The notes beneath the pieces were generated by a model. It did no database searches. It saw nothing but the letters and a program-made list of their open reading frames with translations, and was not told the origin of the DNA. Below are positions 9,592 through 17,807 of a stretch of 64,000 bases of DNA, piece after piece (position 1 is the stretch's first letter; every line of letters starts with the position of its first letter). Source of the stretch: Bacillota bacterium (GTDB lineage Bacteria > Sysuimicrobiota > Sysuimicrobiia > Sysuimicrobiales > Segetimicrobiaceae); the NCBI GenBank assembly GCA_021324975.1, contig JAJPIA010000085.1, positions 58,006 to 122,005 on the forward strand, given 5' to 3'. Made by a program: the position numbers and the translations under genes.

Positions 9592-9879
9592 TCAGGCGGC
9601 CGCCGGAGGCGGGAGTGCGATATCCGGGAGCTGCGAGCGAAGCCAGACCCGATTCGGGCCGGAGGTGCGCTCGGAGGCGAGCGCGGTGCGCGGCGCCGCC
9701 GCGCGCGGAGGCCTGTCGGCGTCGCACGCGGGCGCGCTCATGTCGGTTCCGCCGGAGTGGTCCACCGTGACGCTCAGCACCGGAGGGAGCACCCGGCAGG
9801 TATGGTGCGGCACGGCCGCGCCGCGGAGGAACAACACGCCCTGCAGGCAGCAGATCAGCAGCGTAACGTACACGGACAT
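9592..9879 (-). CDS. Possible small Cys-rich membrane protein (about 95 aa), hypothetical
   Basis: Internal ATG of ORF 9592..10059 (MSVYVTLLICCLQGVLFLRG...). It has one hydrophobic helix and very high third-position GC in this frame. The SD is weak and no family was recognised. Confidence 0.3.
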   Translation of the reverse strand: MSVYVTLLICCLQGVLFLRGAAVPHHTCRVLPPVLSVTVDHSGGTDMSAPACDADRPPRAAAPRTALASERTSGPNRVWLRSQLPDIALPPPAAA

Positions 9880-10019
9880 CGTCGTGGCGCTTACTCCGTT
9901 GCGGGGCATCATGTCGGGAGCGTGCCGGCGCGCGCATCGCATGGAGCACACCACTCCCTGTGACACCGTATCGCCCGAAACCGCACGGTCTCGTGACGAA
10001 CCGATGAAGATCGCGTAAC

Positions 10020-11447
10020 CTATGCGCGCCGCGGGGCGCCCTGGACGTGGGTCCGCCATGCCGCGGCGCGCGACCGGTCAACGAGCTGTTCCGCGGCCAA
10101 CGAGCTTCGCGCCGGCAGGGTGACCGCGGTGCCAAGCGCGTGAAGCGCCGCCTGCAACTGCGTGTCCTGTCCGCGCTCCATGTCGTTCGCCGTCAGCGAC
10201 ACGTTGAGATCGGGCGTGATTCCCGCGCCTTCGACCCGCTCGTTCTTCGGCGTGAGAATCGACTCGACGGTCACGGACATGCCGCCCTCGGGCAGCGCCA
10301 CCATGATCGAACCGCCGAGCGCGCCCGCCGTCTTGTCGCCGACGATCGTGGCGCGGCCGTAGTCTTTGAAGGCCCCGGCGAGGATCTCGGAGGCCGACGC
10401 ACTTTGCCCGTCCACGAGCACGACAAGCGGCGTGCCGGGGAGCACCGGCTCCCCCGACGTCTGCAGGAGGCTCGGCGCCTGCCCGCGCTCGTGGATCCGG
10501 GCGAGCACGGTGCCCGCGGGCAAGAACGCCCCGCCGACGCTGGCCGCCTCGGTGATCAAGCCGCCGGGGTTGTCGCGCAGGTCGAGCACCGCGGATCGGA
10601 TCGGCCCCTGCGCCTGCAACGCTTGGATGCCGGCGCGCAGTTGCCGGCCCGCCCCTTGCGAGAACTCGTAGACCTGGAGATAGGCCAGGCCGGGGGCGAT
10701 CAGGCTGGTCTGCACGGGCGGCACCTGGATCGCGGCGCGCGTCACCGACAGCTGCATCGACTGACCACCGCGCTGGACGGTCAGGGTCACCGACGAGCCC
10801 GCCGTCCCGCGGATCAACCGGCTCACGTCGGACGTCGTCTTATTGGCGAGCGACTGGCCGTCCACCGCGACCAGCCGGTCGAACCGCTTCAGCCCGGCCT
10901 GCGCGGCGGGCGAGCCGGGAAAGACGTTGGCGACGAAGATCGACTGCGCCCCGGATGAATCTTTCTGCGAGGTGATCTCGACGCCGATCCCCGTAAAGCT
11001 GGGGTTCCCCGTCACCTGACGCTGTGTCTCGCGGAATGCCTGCGGCGGCAAATAATATGTGTGGCTGTCGTGTAGCGACGCCAGCATGCCCGCGGTCGCC
11101 ACGTACGCGAGTTGCGTCCCGCCCGCCCCCGCCGGGAGCGACTGCGCCGCGCGCGAGAAGTCCGTGGCGAACTGCGAGTCCGCCTCGAACTCCGGCGTGC
11201 CCGGTGGGATGTCCGGCAGCGCGTCCGCGCTCAGCTTGGTGGCCGCGCGCATGGTGGCGATGCCCGCGTTGAGCAACTGGACGGGATCAACCTGCTCGAC
11301 GTACGCCTGCTCGAGGACCCTGAGCGCGGTGACGGTGAGCGACGCGTCCGCCGCCGAGGCCGGCGGGAGGCCGGCGACCGGCGCGAGCAGCAACGCGACG
11401 ACCACGGCCGCAAGCCACGACCGTCTGAGCATGCGCAAGGACCGCAT
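10020..11447 (-). CDS. S41-family C-terminal processing peptidase with PDZ domain
   Basis: The C-terminal 475 aa of the chimeric ORF 10020..13262, starting at ATG 11447 (MRSLRMLRRSWLAAVVVALLLAP...) with a signal/TM segment. A PDZ region (GIGVEI...VFPGSPAAQAGLKRFDRLVAVDG) and S41 catalytic regions (DLRDNPGG, SASASEILAGAFKD) are present. Confidence 0.85.
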   Translation of the reverse strand: MRSLRMLRRSWLAAVVVALLLAPVAGLPPASAADASLTVTALRVLEQAYVEQVDPVQLLNAGIATMRAATKLSADALPDIPPGTPEFEADSQFATDFSRAAQSLPAGAGGTQLAYVATAGMLASLHDSHTYYLPPQAFRETQRQVTGNPSFTGIGVEITSQKDSSGAQSIFVANVFPGSPAAQAGLKRFDRLVAVDGQSLANKTTSDVSRLIRGTAGSSVTLTVQRGGQSMQLSVTRAAIQVPPVQTSLIAPGLAYLQVYEFSQGAGRQLRAGIQALQAQGPIRSAVLDLRDNPGGLITEAASVGGAFLPAGTVLARIHERGQAPSLLQTSGEPVLPGTPLVVLVDGQSASASEILAGAFKDYGRATIVGDKTAGALGGSIMVALPEGGMSVTVESILTPKNERVEGAGITPDLNVSLTANDMERGQDTQLQAALHALGTAVTLPARSSLAAEQLVDRSRAAAWRTHVQGAPRRA

Positions 11448-11581
11448 CGGTGCAGCACCCCCAGGCGCGACCGGCGGAACCGAACGGATGGCACTCCGAA
11501 TCGGCCTACTATAATTGTGCCCGGGTTTCGGCCGGGGATGCATGAAAAACGTGTAACACCTCGCGCGGCCGCTCCGCGCGC

Positions 11582-13891
11582 TCAGCCGCCGGATAGGAGT
11601 CCCAATGCGCGCGCGATCTTCTCCGGCGTGATCGGGAGGTCGGTGATCCGAACCCCCACGGCATCCTCGATAGCGTTGGCGATCGCCGCCGCCGGCGGTC
11701 CGATCGGAGGCTCGCCGATACCGCGCGCGGCAAACGGGCCCTTGCCGTCGCCGGACTCGATGAGGATGGGCTCGACGTCGGGCACGTCGAGCGCGCTCGG
11801 AATGAGGTACGACGCGAAGCTCGTGGTTAGGTTGACGCCGCGGTCCACGACGATCTCCTCCATCAGCCCGTAGCCGAGGCCCATCACCGCGCCGCCCTGT
11901 ACCTGACCTTCCACGCTCTGCGGATTGATCGCCCGGCCGACGTCGTGGCACGCCACAAGGCGGCGCACGGAAGCGGCACCGGTGTCCACGTCGACCTCCA
12001 CCTCCACGGCGTGCGCGCCGAAGGTGTAGTCTGGAAAGACGCGTCCGCCGCCCCGTTCGAGATCTACCGGGTCGCCCGCGGGCGCGTGGTAGACGCCGAG
12101 ATGGCTGCGGGGCACGCCCAGGCGCGCGCACTCCTTGACCACGTCCCCGAGGGGGACGCTCCGGTGCGACGCTGCGACCGCCGCGCCATCGGCGAGCGTC
12201 ACCTGCTCCACCGGCGTCTCGAGTATCTGGGCCGCGACCCTGCGCACCTCGTCGCGGAGGTGAGTTGCGGCCACGAGCACGGCATTCCCCGACATGTACA
12301 GCTGCCGGGTCGCGGTGGTCGTGCCCGCGAGCGGCGTCAGCGCGCTGTCCGCGATGTGCACCGTGACCCGGTCGGGCTCCACCCCAAGGGCCTCGGCGGC
12401 GATCTGGCACAGCGACGAGGCCTGGCCCCCGCCGACGTCCGGGACGCCCGTGCGGACCGCGACGCTGCCGTCGGCTTCCAGCCCCACCCAGGCGCTCGCC
12501 CAGTCCCGGAGCCAGACGAGGCGCCCGTAGGGCTGCAGGTTGCAGGCCAAGCCCCGGCCGACGCGGTGTCTCGGGCTCGAGGGCGGCCGTGGCGGGCCGA
12601 GCGCCGCCCACGCCCGTTCGGCGGCCTCGGCGACCGCGACATGCGTGTCCAACTCCTGCCCCACGGGGAGACGGTCGCCCCGGCCGAGCGCGTTTCTCCG
12701 GCGCACCTCTACGGGATCCAGGCCGAGGCGCCGCGCGATCTGGTCGATCTGCGATTCGTAACCCAGCACCATCTGCATCGCCCCAAACCCGCGCATCGCG
12801 CTCGTCGGCGGATTGTTCGTGTAGACGGCCCGGGCATCCACGGCCACGTGCGGCACCCGATACGGTCCCGCCGCGGTGACCGTTGCATAGAGGAGCACGA
12901 GCGCGCTGAGGTACGCGTAGGCACCGGCGTCGGCCGTGAGCTCGATGCGGTGCGCCACGAGGGTGCCGTCTCGGGCCGCGCCCGTCCGGTACCGGAGCGT
13001 AAACGGATGGCGCTTGGGGCGCGCGAGCAGCGACTCCTGCCTCGACCACACCATGCGCACGGGCCGGCCGGTCCGGTACGCCAGCAGGCCGAGGAACACC
13101 TCGACGGTGACGTCCTCCTTGCCGCCGAAGCCGCCGCCCACGTACGGGCCGATCACGCGGACCTTGTTGTGGGGCAGCCCAAGCACGTCCGCGACGTCGC
13201 GGAAGTGCTCGATGACCTGGGTCGACGCGCGCACGACCACGACGCCGTCCGCGTCGATCCACGCCACGCCGGCTTCCGGCTCAAGGTACGCGTGGTCGAT
13301 GAGCCCGCAGCGGTACGTCTGCTCCACGACCACGTGCGCGCGCGCAAGCGCCTCGTCCGCATCGCCGCACCGCACGCGCCAGGTCGCGAGCAGGTTGCTC
13401 TCCTCGTGCACGCGCGGCGCCTCCGGCCGGAGCGCCTCCTCGGTGGTGAAGACCCCCGGCCGCACCTCGTAGGCGACGTCGATGAGCTCGAGGGCCCGGG
13501 CCGCGATCTCCCTTGTCTCCGCCGCGACGAGCGCGATCGCCTCGCCTTGGTACCGAACGCGGTCGTCCGCCAGCACCTGCACGCGGGCGCGCAGCGGGCC
13601 CACGATGCTCGTCTGCCCCGGCACGTCCGTCCACAGGATGTTGTGCGGGACGTCGCGCGCCGTGAGCACGGCCGCGACGCCCGGGTAGGCCGCCGCCCGG
13701 CTCGTGTCGATCCGGGTGATGCGGGCCGCCGGGTACGACGAGCGCAAGACGGCGCCTTCGAGCATGCCCGGCATCTGCCAATCCGCGGCGTAGAGCGTGC
13801 GGGCCAGGACCTTGTCGCGCGCGTCGTGGCGCGGAAGCCGCCGGCCGACGACGCGGAGGCGCTCTTGTGTTGCGGTGGGGGACTCAGCCAC
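11582..13891 (-). CDS. Xanthine dehydrogenase/aldehyde oxidase family molybdopterin-binding large subunit (CoxL-like, set 1)
   Basis: ORF 11582..14116 with probable GTG start at 13891, overlapping the 2Fe-2S subunit stop by 8 nt. Motifs are GGGFGGKED, AMRGFGAMQ and GIGEPPIGP. Confidence 0.85.
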   Translation of the reverse strand: MAESPTATQERLRVVGRRLPRHDARDKVLARTLYAADWQMPGMLEGAVLRSSYPAARITRIDTSRAAAYPGVAAVLTARDVPHNILWTDVPGQTSIVGPLRARVQVLADDRVRYQGEAIALVAAETREIAARALELIDVAYEVRPGVFTTEEALRPEAPRVHEESNLLATWRVRCGDADEALARAHVVVEQTYRCGLIDHAYLEPEAGVAWIDADGVVVVRASTQVIEHFRDVADVLGLPHNKVRVIGPYVGGGFGGKEDVTVEVFLGLLAYRTGRPVRMVWSRQESLLARPKRHPFTLRYRTGAARDGTLVAHRIELTADAGAYAYLSALVLLYATVTAAGPYRVPHVAVDARAVYTNNPPTSAMRGFGAMQMVLGYESQIDQIARRLGLDPVEVRRRNALGRGDRLPVGQELDTHVAVAEAAERAWAALGPPRPPSSPRHRVGRGLACNLQPYGRLVWLRDWASAWVGLEADGSVAVRTGVPDVGGGQASSLCQIAAEALGVEPDRVTVHIADSALTPLAGTTTATRQLYMSGNAVLVAATHLRDEVRRVAAQILETPVEQVTLADGAAVAASHRSVPLGDVVKECARLGVPRSHLGVYHAPAGDPVDLERGGGRVFPDYTFGAHAVEVEVDVDTGAASVRRLVACHDVGRAINPQSVEGQVQGGAVMGLGYGLMEEIVVDRGVNLTTSFASYLIPSALDVPDVEPILIESGDGKGPFAARGIGEPPIGPPAAAIANAIEDAVGVRITDLPITPEKIARALGLLSGG

Positions 13892-14357
13892 GGGCGGCTC
13901 CGCCCGCGCAGGCCGCGATGGCGTCGATGATCTTCGTGTAGCCGGTGCAGCGGCAGAGGTTGCCCGCGATCGCCCGGCGGATCTCCGCGCGGCTCGCCCG
14001 CGGATGGTCCCGCAGCAACGCATACGCGGCGAGCAGCATGCCGGGCGTGCAGAAGCCGCACTGCGCGGCCCCGTGTGCCACAAACGCGGACTGCAGCGGG
14101 TGCGGTGCCTGGTCATCGCCGAGGCCGCGCACCGTCAGGAGATCGCGCCCGTGCGCGCGCGCGGCGAGCACGAGGCAGCTGCTCACCGGCTCGCCGTCGA
14201 GAAGCACGGTGCACGTGCCGCACACGCCTTCCCCGCACCCTTCCTTGACTTCCACCCCCCCGCGGGCGCGGAGGACCTCGAGCAGCGTGCGGTGCGCCTC
14301 TGTCCGCACCTCGCACGGCTCTCCGTTGAGCGTGAACGCGATCCGAAGCTCGGTCAC
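13884..14357 (-). CDS. (2Fe-2S)-binding small subunit (CoxS-like, set 1)
   Basis: 157-aa ORF with CGEGVCGTCTV and QCGFCTPG...CRCTGY cluster motifs. GTGA overlap with the FAD subunit. Confidence 0.9.
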   Translation of the reverse strand: MTELRIAFTLNGEPCEVRTEAHRTLLEVLRARGGVEVKEGCGEGVCGTCTVLLDGEPVSSCLVLAARAHGRDLLTVRGLGDDQAPHPLQSAFVAHGAAQCGFCTPGMLLAAYALLRDHPRASRAEIRRAIAGNLCRCTGYTKIIDAIAACAGGAARG

Positions 14358-15229
14358 ACGACGGCCCCCCTCGCGGCCTCCGCCGCCCGTTCCAGCGCGC
14401 GGGTGGTCAGCACGGCGGCGAGGTGGCGGCGGTACTCGGCCGAGGCGTGGATGTCGCCGTCCGGCTCGATCCCGAGCGGCCGATCCGCGACGGCGCGACG
14501 GATCGCGTCCGGCCCGGACCGCTCGCCGAGCAGCGCCGCCTCCAGGCGATCGAGCCGCGCCGGCACCGGACCGACGCCCGCCAGGGCGACGCGGGCGCGT
14601 GCCACGGCACCGCCGTCGAGCTCCACCACGGCGACGGCCGCGACCACGGCGAAGTCGCCGGCGCGCCGGCTGAACTCTTCCACGGCGAAGCCGGCCCCTG
14701 GCGACGGCAGCGGCAGCCGCACGGCGGTCAGGAGCTCGTCGGGCGCGAGCGCGGTTGTGAGCATGCCCACGAAGAAGTCGCCGGCGCCCACGACGCGCTC
14801 GCCGCGCGTGCTCCGCAGCACCACCGCGCCGTCGAGCGCCCGCAGGACGGCGGGAAGCTCGGCCGCGGGATCGGCGTGCGCCACGCTGCCGCCGAGGGTC
14901 CCGAGCGTCCGCACGCGCGTGTTGCCGATGAGCGCGGCCGCCTCCTGGAGCAGCGGGCAGAGGGCGAGCGGCCCCTCGCCACGCTCCAGCGCGCGATGCC
15001 GCACGAGCGCGCCGATCTCGAGCGCGTCGGGTGTCCTCCTGACCGCGCGGAGCTCGTGCAGGCGGTCGAGGTCCACGACGAGGCGCGGCCGCGCGAGCCG
15101 CAGCGTGAGCAGCGGCACGAGGCTCTGACCGCCGGCGAGCGGGCGGGCCTCCGGGCCGCGCTCCCCGAGCAGATCCAGGGCCTCGGCGAGCGTCGCGGGC
15201 GCTTCGTAGTCGAACGGCGCGGCGGGCAC
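14354..15229 (-). CDS. FAD-binding medium subunit of molybdopterin dehydrogenase (CoxM-like, set 1)
   Basis: 291-aa ORF with LAGGQSLVPLL and TLGGSVAHADPAAELP, typical of the FAD_binding_5 / CO dehydrogenase flavoprotein fold. Confidence 0.88.
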   Translation of the reverse strand: MPAAPFDYEAPATLAEALDLLGERGPEARPLAGGQSLVPLLTLRLARPRLVVDLDRLHELRAVRRTPDALEIGALVRHRALERGEGPLALCPLLQEAAALIGNTRVRTLGTLGGSVAHADPAAELPAVLRALDGAVVLRSTRGERVVGAGDFFVGMLTTALAPDELLTAVRLPLPSPGAGFAVEEFSRRAGDFAVVAAVAVVELDGGAVARARVALAGVGPVPARLDRLEAALLGERSGPDAIRRAVADRPLGIEPDGDIHASAEYRRHLAAVLTTRALERAAEAARGAVV

Positions 15230-15354
15230 TGTGCTCTCCCTACGGCATCGGCCGGTGGCCGCGTTAGGACGTCATCGGATTACTTCGACAACGGCTGGTA
15301 CCGGGCGGGCCTGGCCCGTCTACCTTCGTCGAACATACGAGATGAGGCACCAAT

Positions 15355-16140
15355 TTAGACGTCCCACCCGCCGTCGACGACGAGATCGTGGCCCGTGATC
15401 TGCCGGCTCTCCTCGGACGCCAGAAACACGACCGCGTGCGCGACGTCCTCGTCGGTGGAAAACCGGCGCAGCGCCATCTCGCCGACGTATTCATCGAACA
15501 CGTCCTGCTCTGTCGTGCCGCGCACCCGGGCCTTTTCCGCGACGATCCCCGTCATGCGGCCGCCTTCCACGACGCCCGGGCAGATCGCGTTGACGTTGAT
15601 GTTGAACGGCCCGACTTCAAGCGCCAGCGTCCGTGTGAGCCCGCGCACGGCCCACTTCGACGCCGAGTACGGTGCGCGATACCGGTACCCCCGCAGCCCG
15701 GACGTCCCCGCGACGTTGATGATCTTGCCGGCGCGCTGCGCGATCATCACCGGCACGACGGCCCGGCAGCAGAGAAACACGCCCTTGAGGTTCACGGCCA
15801 GGACGTGATCCCATGCCGCGGGGTCGACGGCATGGAGCGGCGTTTCCACGGGGCCGGTGACGCCGGCGGCGTTGACGAGCACGTCGATCCGCCCAAACTC
15901 CGCGCGCGTGCGGTCCACCAGGTTCGCGACCTGGGTCTCCTCCGTGACGTCGGTGGGCACGGCGAGGTGCCGGCCGCCGCCCTCGAGCCCGCGCAGCTTG
16001 TCCACGAGCGCTGCCAGCGGCGCCGCGTCGCGCGCCGCCGCCACGACGTGGGCGCCTTCCTGGGCCAGGCGGGCGCAGATCGCGCCTCCCATGCCTTTGG
16101 CCGCGCCCGTCACGATCGCGACCCGGTCACGTAGCTTCAC
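15355..16140 (-). CDS. Short-chain dehydrogenase/reductase (SDR)
   Basis: ORF 15355..16884 trimmed to the GTG at 16140 (VKLRDRVAIVTGAAKGMGGAI...), preceded by GGAGCAGGAGGGAG. It has TGxxxGxG, NAAG and YSASK catalytic motifs. GTGA overlap with hyuB. Confidence 0.88.
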   Translation of the reverse strand: MKLRDRVAIVTGAAKGMGGAICARLAQEGAHVVAAARDAAPLAALVDKLRGLEGGGRHLAVPTDVTEETQVANLVDRTRAEFGRIDVLVNAAGVTGPVETPLHAVDPAAWDHVLAVNLKGVFLCCRAVVPVMIAQRAGKIINVAGTSGLRGYRYRAPYSASKWAVRGLTRTLALEVGPFNINVNAICPGVVEGGRMTGIVAEKARVRGTTEQDVFDEYVGEMALRRFSTDEDVAHAVVFLASEESRQITGHDLVVDGGWDV

Positions 16141-17807
16141 GGCCGCTCCCTCCTGCTCCACGGATCCCGCGCCGGCGGCGCCGCGGTGACGTACCCGTGC
16201 ACCGCGTCGGCTTCGGCGAGCTCGGCGGGCCGGTCCTCCGGCGGGCCGAACCCGCCGCCGCCGCAGCTCTCCACGATCACCAGCGCGCCCTCGTGGAGGT
16301 CGCGGTTCTCCTTTCCCCGCACGGCGACGCGCCGTTCTCCGTCCACGCAGACCACGCGAAACGGCGCCCCGACCTCGCCGCCAAAGACGCCCCACGGTGC
16401 GACCCGCATCCGCTCCACCATCGTCGAGAGCTCCGCGCGCGGGGCCAAGAGGCGGTAGGCGCGCCGAAGCCCCAGCCCGCCTCGGTGGCGGCCGCGGCCT
16501 CCGCTGTCGGGCACGAGCTCGCAGCATTCCACCCGCAGCGGATATTCGCGTTCGATCACCTCGATCGGGGTGTTCATGACGTTGCTCATGTGCACGCGGA
16601 TGCCGTTGAGACCGTCCCGCGCCGCGCTCGCGCCCTCGCCGCCGCCGTGCACCTCGTACAGGATGAACGGACGGCCGTCCTCGCGGGTGCCGCTCAGCAT
16701 CACGAGCCCGGACGTGGTGGGCCCGCCGGCGACGACCCGATCGGGGAGCGCCGGGGCCAGCGCCCGGAACACGGCGTCGACCACGCGCTGGGAGGTCTCG
16801 TGGTTCCCGCCGACGCGCGGCGCCTCCGCGCCGGGATCCAGGACGGACCGCGGGGGGATGTGGAGCGTAATGGGGCGATAGCACCCGGCGTTCGCCGGGA
16901 TATCCGGGCCGAGGAGCGCGCGCGCCGCGTAGAATACCGCGGACGCGGTGACGAACCGCGTGGCATTGAGCGGTCCCGGGACCTCCGGCGCCGTGCCCGT
17001 GAAGTCCGCGTGCAGGGTCCCGGCGCCGGCGCGGACGCGCACGGCGATACGCACCGGCGCCCCGCCGGTGCCGCCGTCGTCCAGCCAGTCCTCGCCCGCG
17101 TAGTCACCCGATGGCAGCTCGGCGATCGCGGCCCGCATCTGCGCCTCGGACTCGTCGAGGAACCGCGCCATGCACCCCTCGACCACCTCGGCGCCGAACC
17201 GCTCGAAAACCTCGTGCAGGCGCGCCGCCGCGACCGCGTTCGCGGCGTACTGCGCGAGCAGGTCGCCGTGCCGTTCCTCGCGCCCGCGGACATTGCTCAG
17301 TACCAGGTCCAGCATCCGCTCGTTCGGCTCGCCCCGCACGAACAACGGCACCGGGGGAATGCACAGCCCTTCCGCGTACCGGTCCCGCGCCCCGGCGACG
17401 TAACTGCCCCGCCGGGCCCCGCCGATGTCCGGCCAGTGCGCGAGGTTGACCGCGAACGCGGCCAGCCGGCCGGCGTGAAAGATCGGCGTGATCGCCTTGA
17501 CGTCGGGGAGGTGGTTGCCCCCAACCTCGGGATCGTTGGTCACGTACACGTCGCCCGGGCGGAGATCGGCCGCGGGCACGCGCTTCAGTAGCTCCTCCAC
17601 GGTGAACGCCATCACACCCAGGTGAATGGGGATGTCGCGGCCCTGCGCGATAAGGCGGCCGTGCGCGTCGGTCAGCGCGCACGAGAGGTCACCGGCTTCC
17701 TTGAGGACCGGGGAGCGTGCCGAGCGCATCAGCACGACGCGCATCTCTTCCGCGATGGACAGCACCGCGTGGCGGACGACTTCCAGCGTCACCGGATCCG
17801 GCGTCAC
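16137..17807 (-). CDS. hyuB: Hydantoinase B / oxoprolinase family protein
   Basis: ORF 16137..17963 trimmed to the GTG at 17807 (VTPDPVTLEVVRHAVLSIAEEM...), which overlaps the hyuA stop as GTGA. The N-terminus and the GGGGFGPP C-terminal region fit the family. Confidence 0.85.
   Translation of the reverse strand: MTPDPVTLEVVRHAVLSIAEEMRVVLMRSARSPVLKEAGDLSCALTDAHGRLIAQGRDIPIHLGVMAFTVEELLKRVPAADLRPGDVYVTNDPEVGGNHLPDVKAITPIFHAGRLAAFAVNLAHWPDIGGARRGSYVAGARDRYAEGLCIPPVPLFVRGEPNERMLDLVLSNVRGREERHGDLLAQYAANAVAAARLHEVFERFGAEVVEGCMARFLDESEAQMRAAIAELPSGDYAGEDWLDDGGTGGAPVRIAVRVRAGAGTLHADFTGTAPEVPGPLNATRFVTASAVFYAARALLGPDIPANAGCYRPITLHIPPRSVLDPGAEAPRVGGNHETSQRVVDAVFRALAPALPDRVVAGGPTTSGLVMLSGTREDGRPFILYEVHGGGEGASAARDGLNGIRVHMSNVMNTPIEVIEREYPLRVECCELVPDSGGRGRHRGGLGLRRAYRLLAPRAELSTMVERMRVAPWGVFGGEVGAPFRVVCVDGERRVAVRGKENRDLHEGALVIVESCGGGGFGPPEDRPAELAEADAVHGYVTAAPPARDPWSRRERP

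Noticed and set aside
10020-13262. The 1080-aa minus-strand ORF, and similar over-extended ORFs (15355..16884, 20856..22865, 25204..27015, 26028..27983, 31964..33415, 39912..41249, 40859..42424).
   Set aside because: Only the C-terminal part matches a protein family. The N-terminal extensions run out of frame through the upstream gene and are Arg/Gly-rich. Internal ATG/GTG starts at or near the upstream stop, often as GTGA/ATGA overlaps with an SD, give normal-length proteins.
11582-15229. Aerobic carbon monoxide dehydrogenase (CoxMSL) interpretation for either Mo-hydroxylase set.
   Set aside because: Gene order matches coxMSL. However, the large subunits show the AMRGFG xanthine dehydrogenase/aldehyde oxidase-type region, and I could not find the CODH form-I active-site loop. 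No coxDEF-type accessory genes are adjacent.
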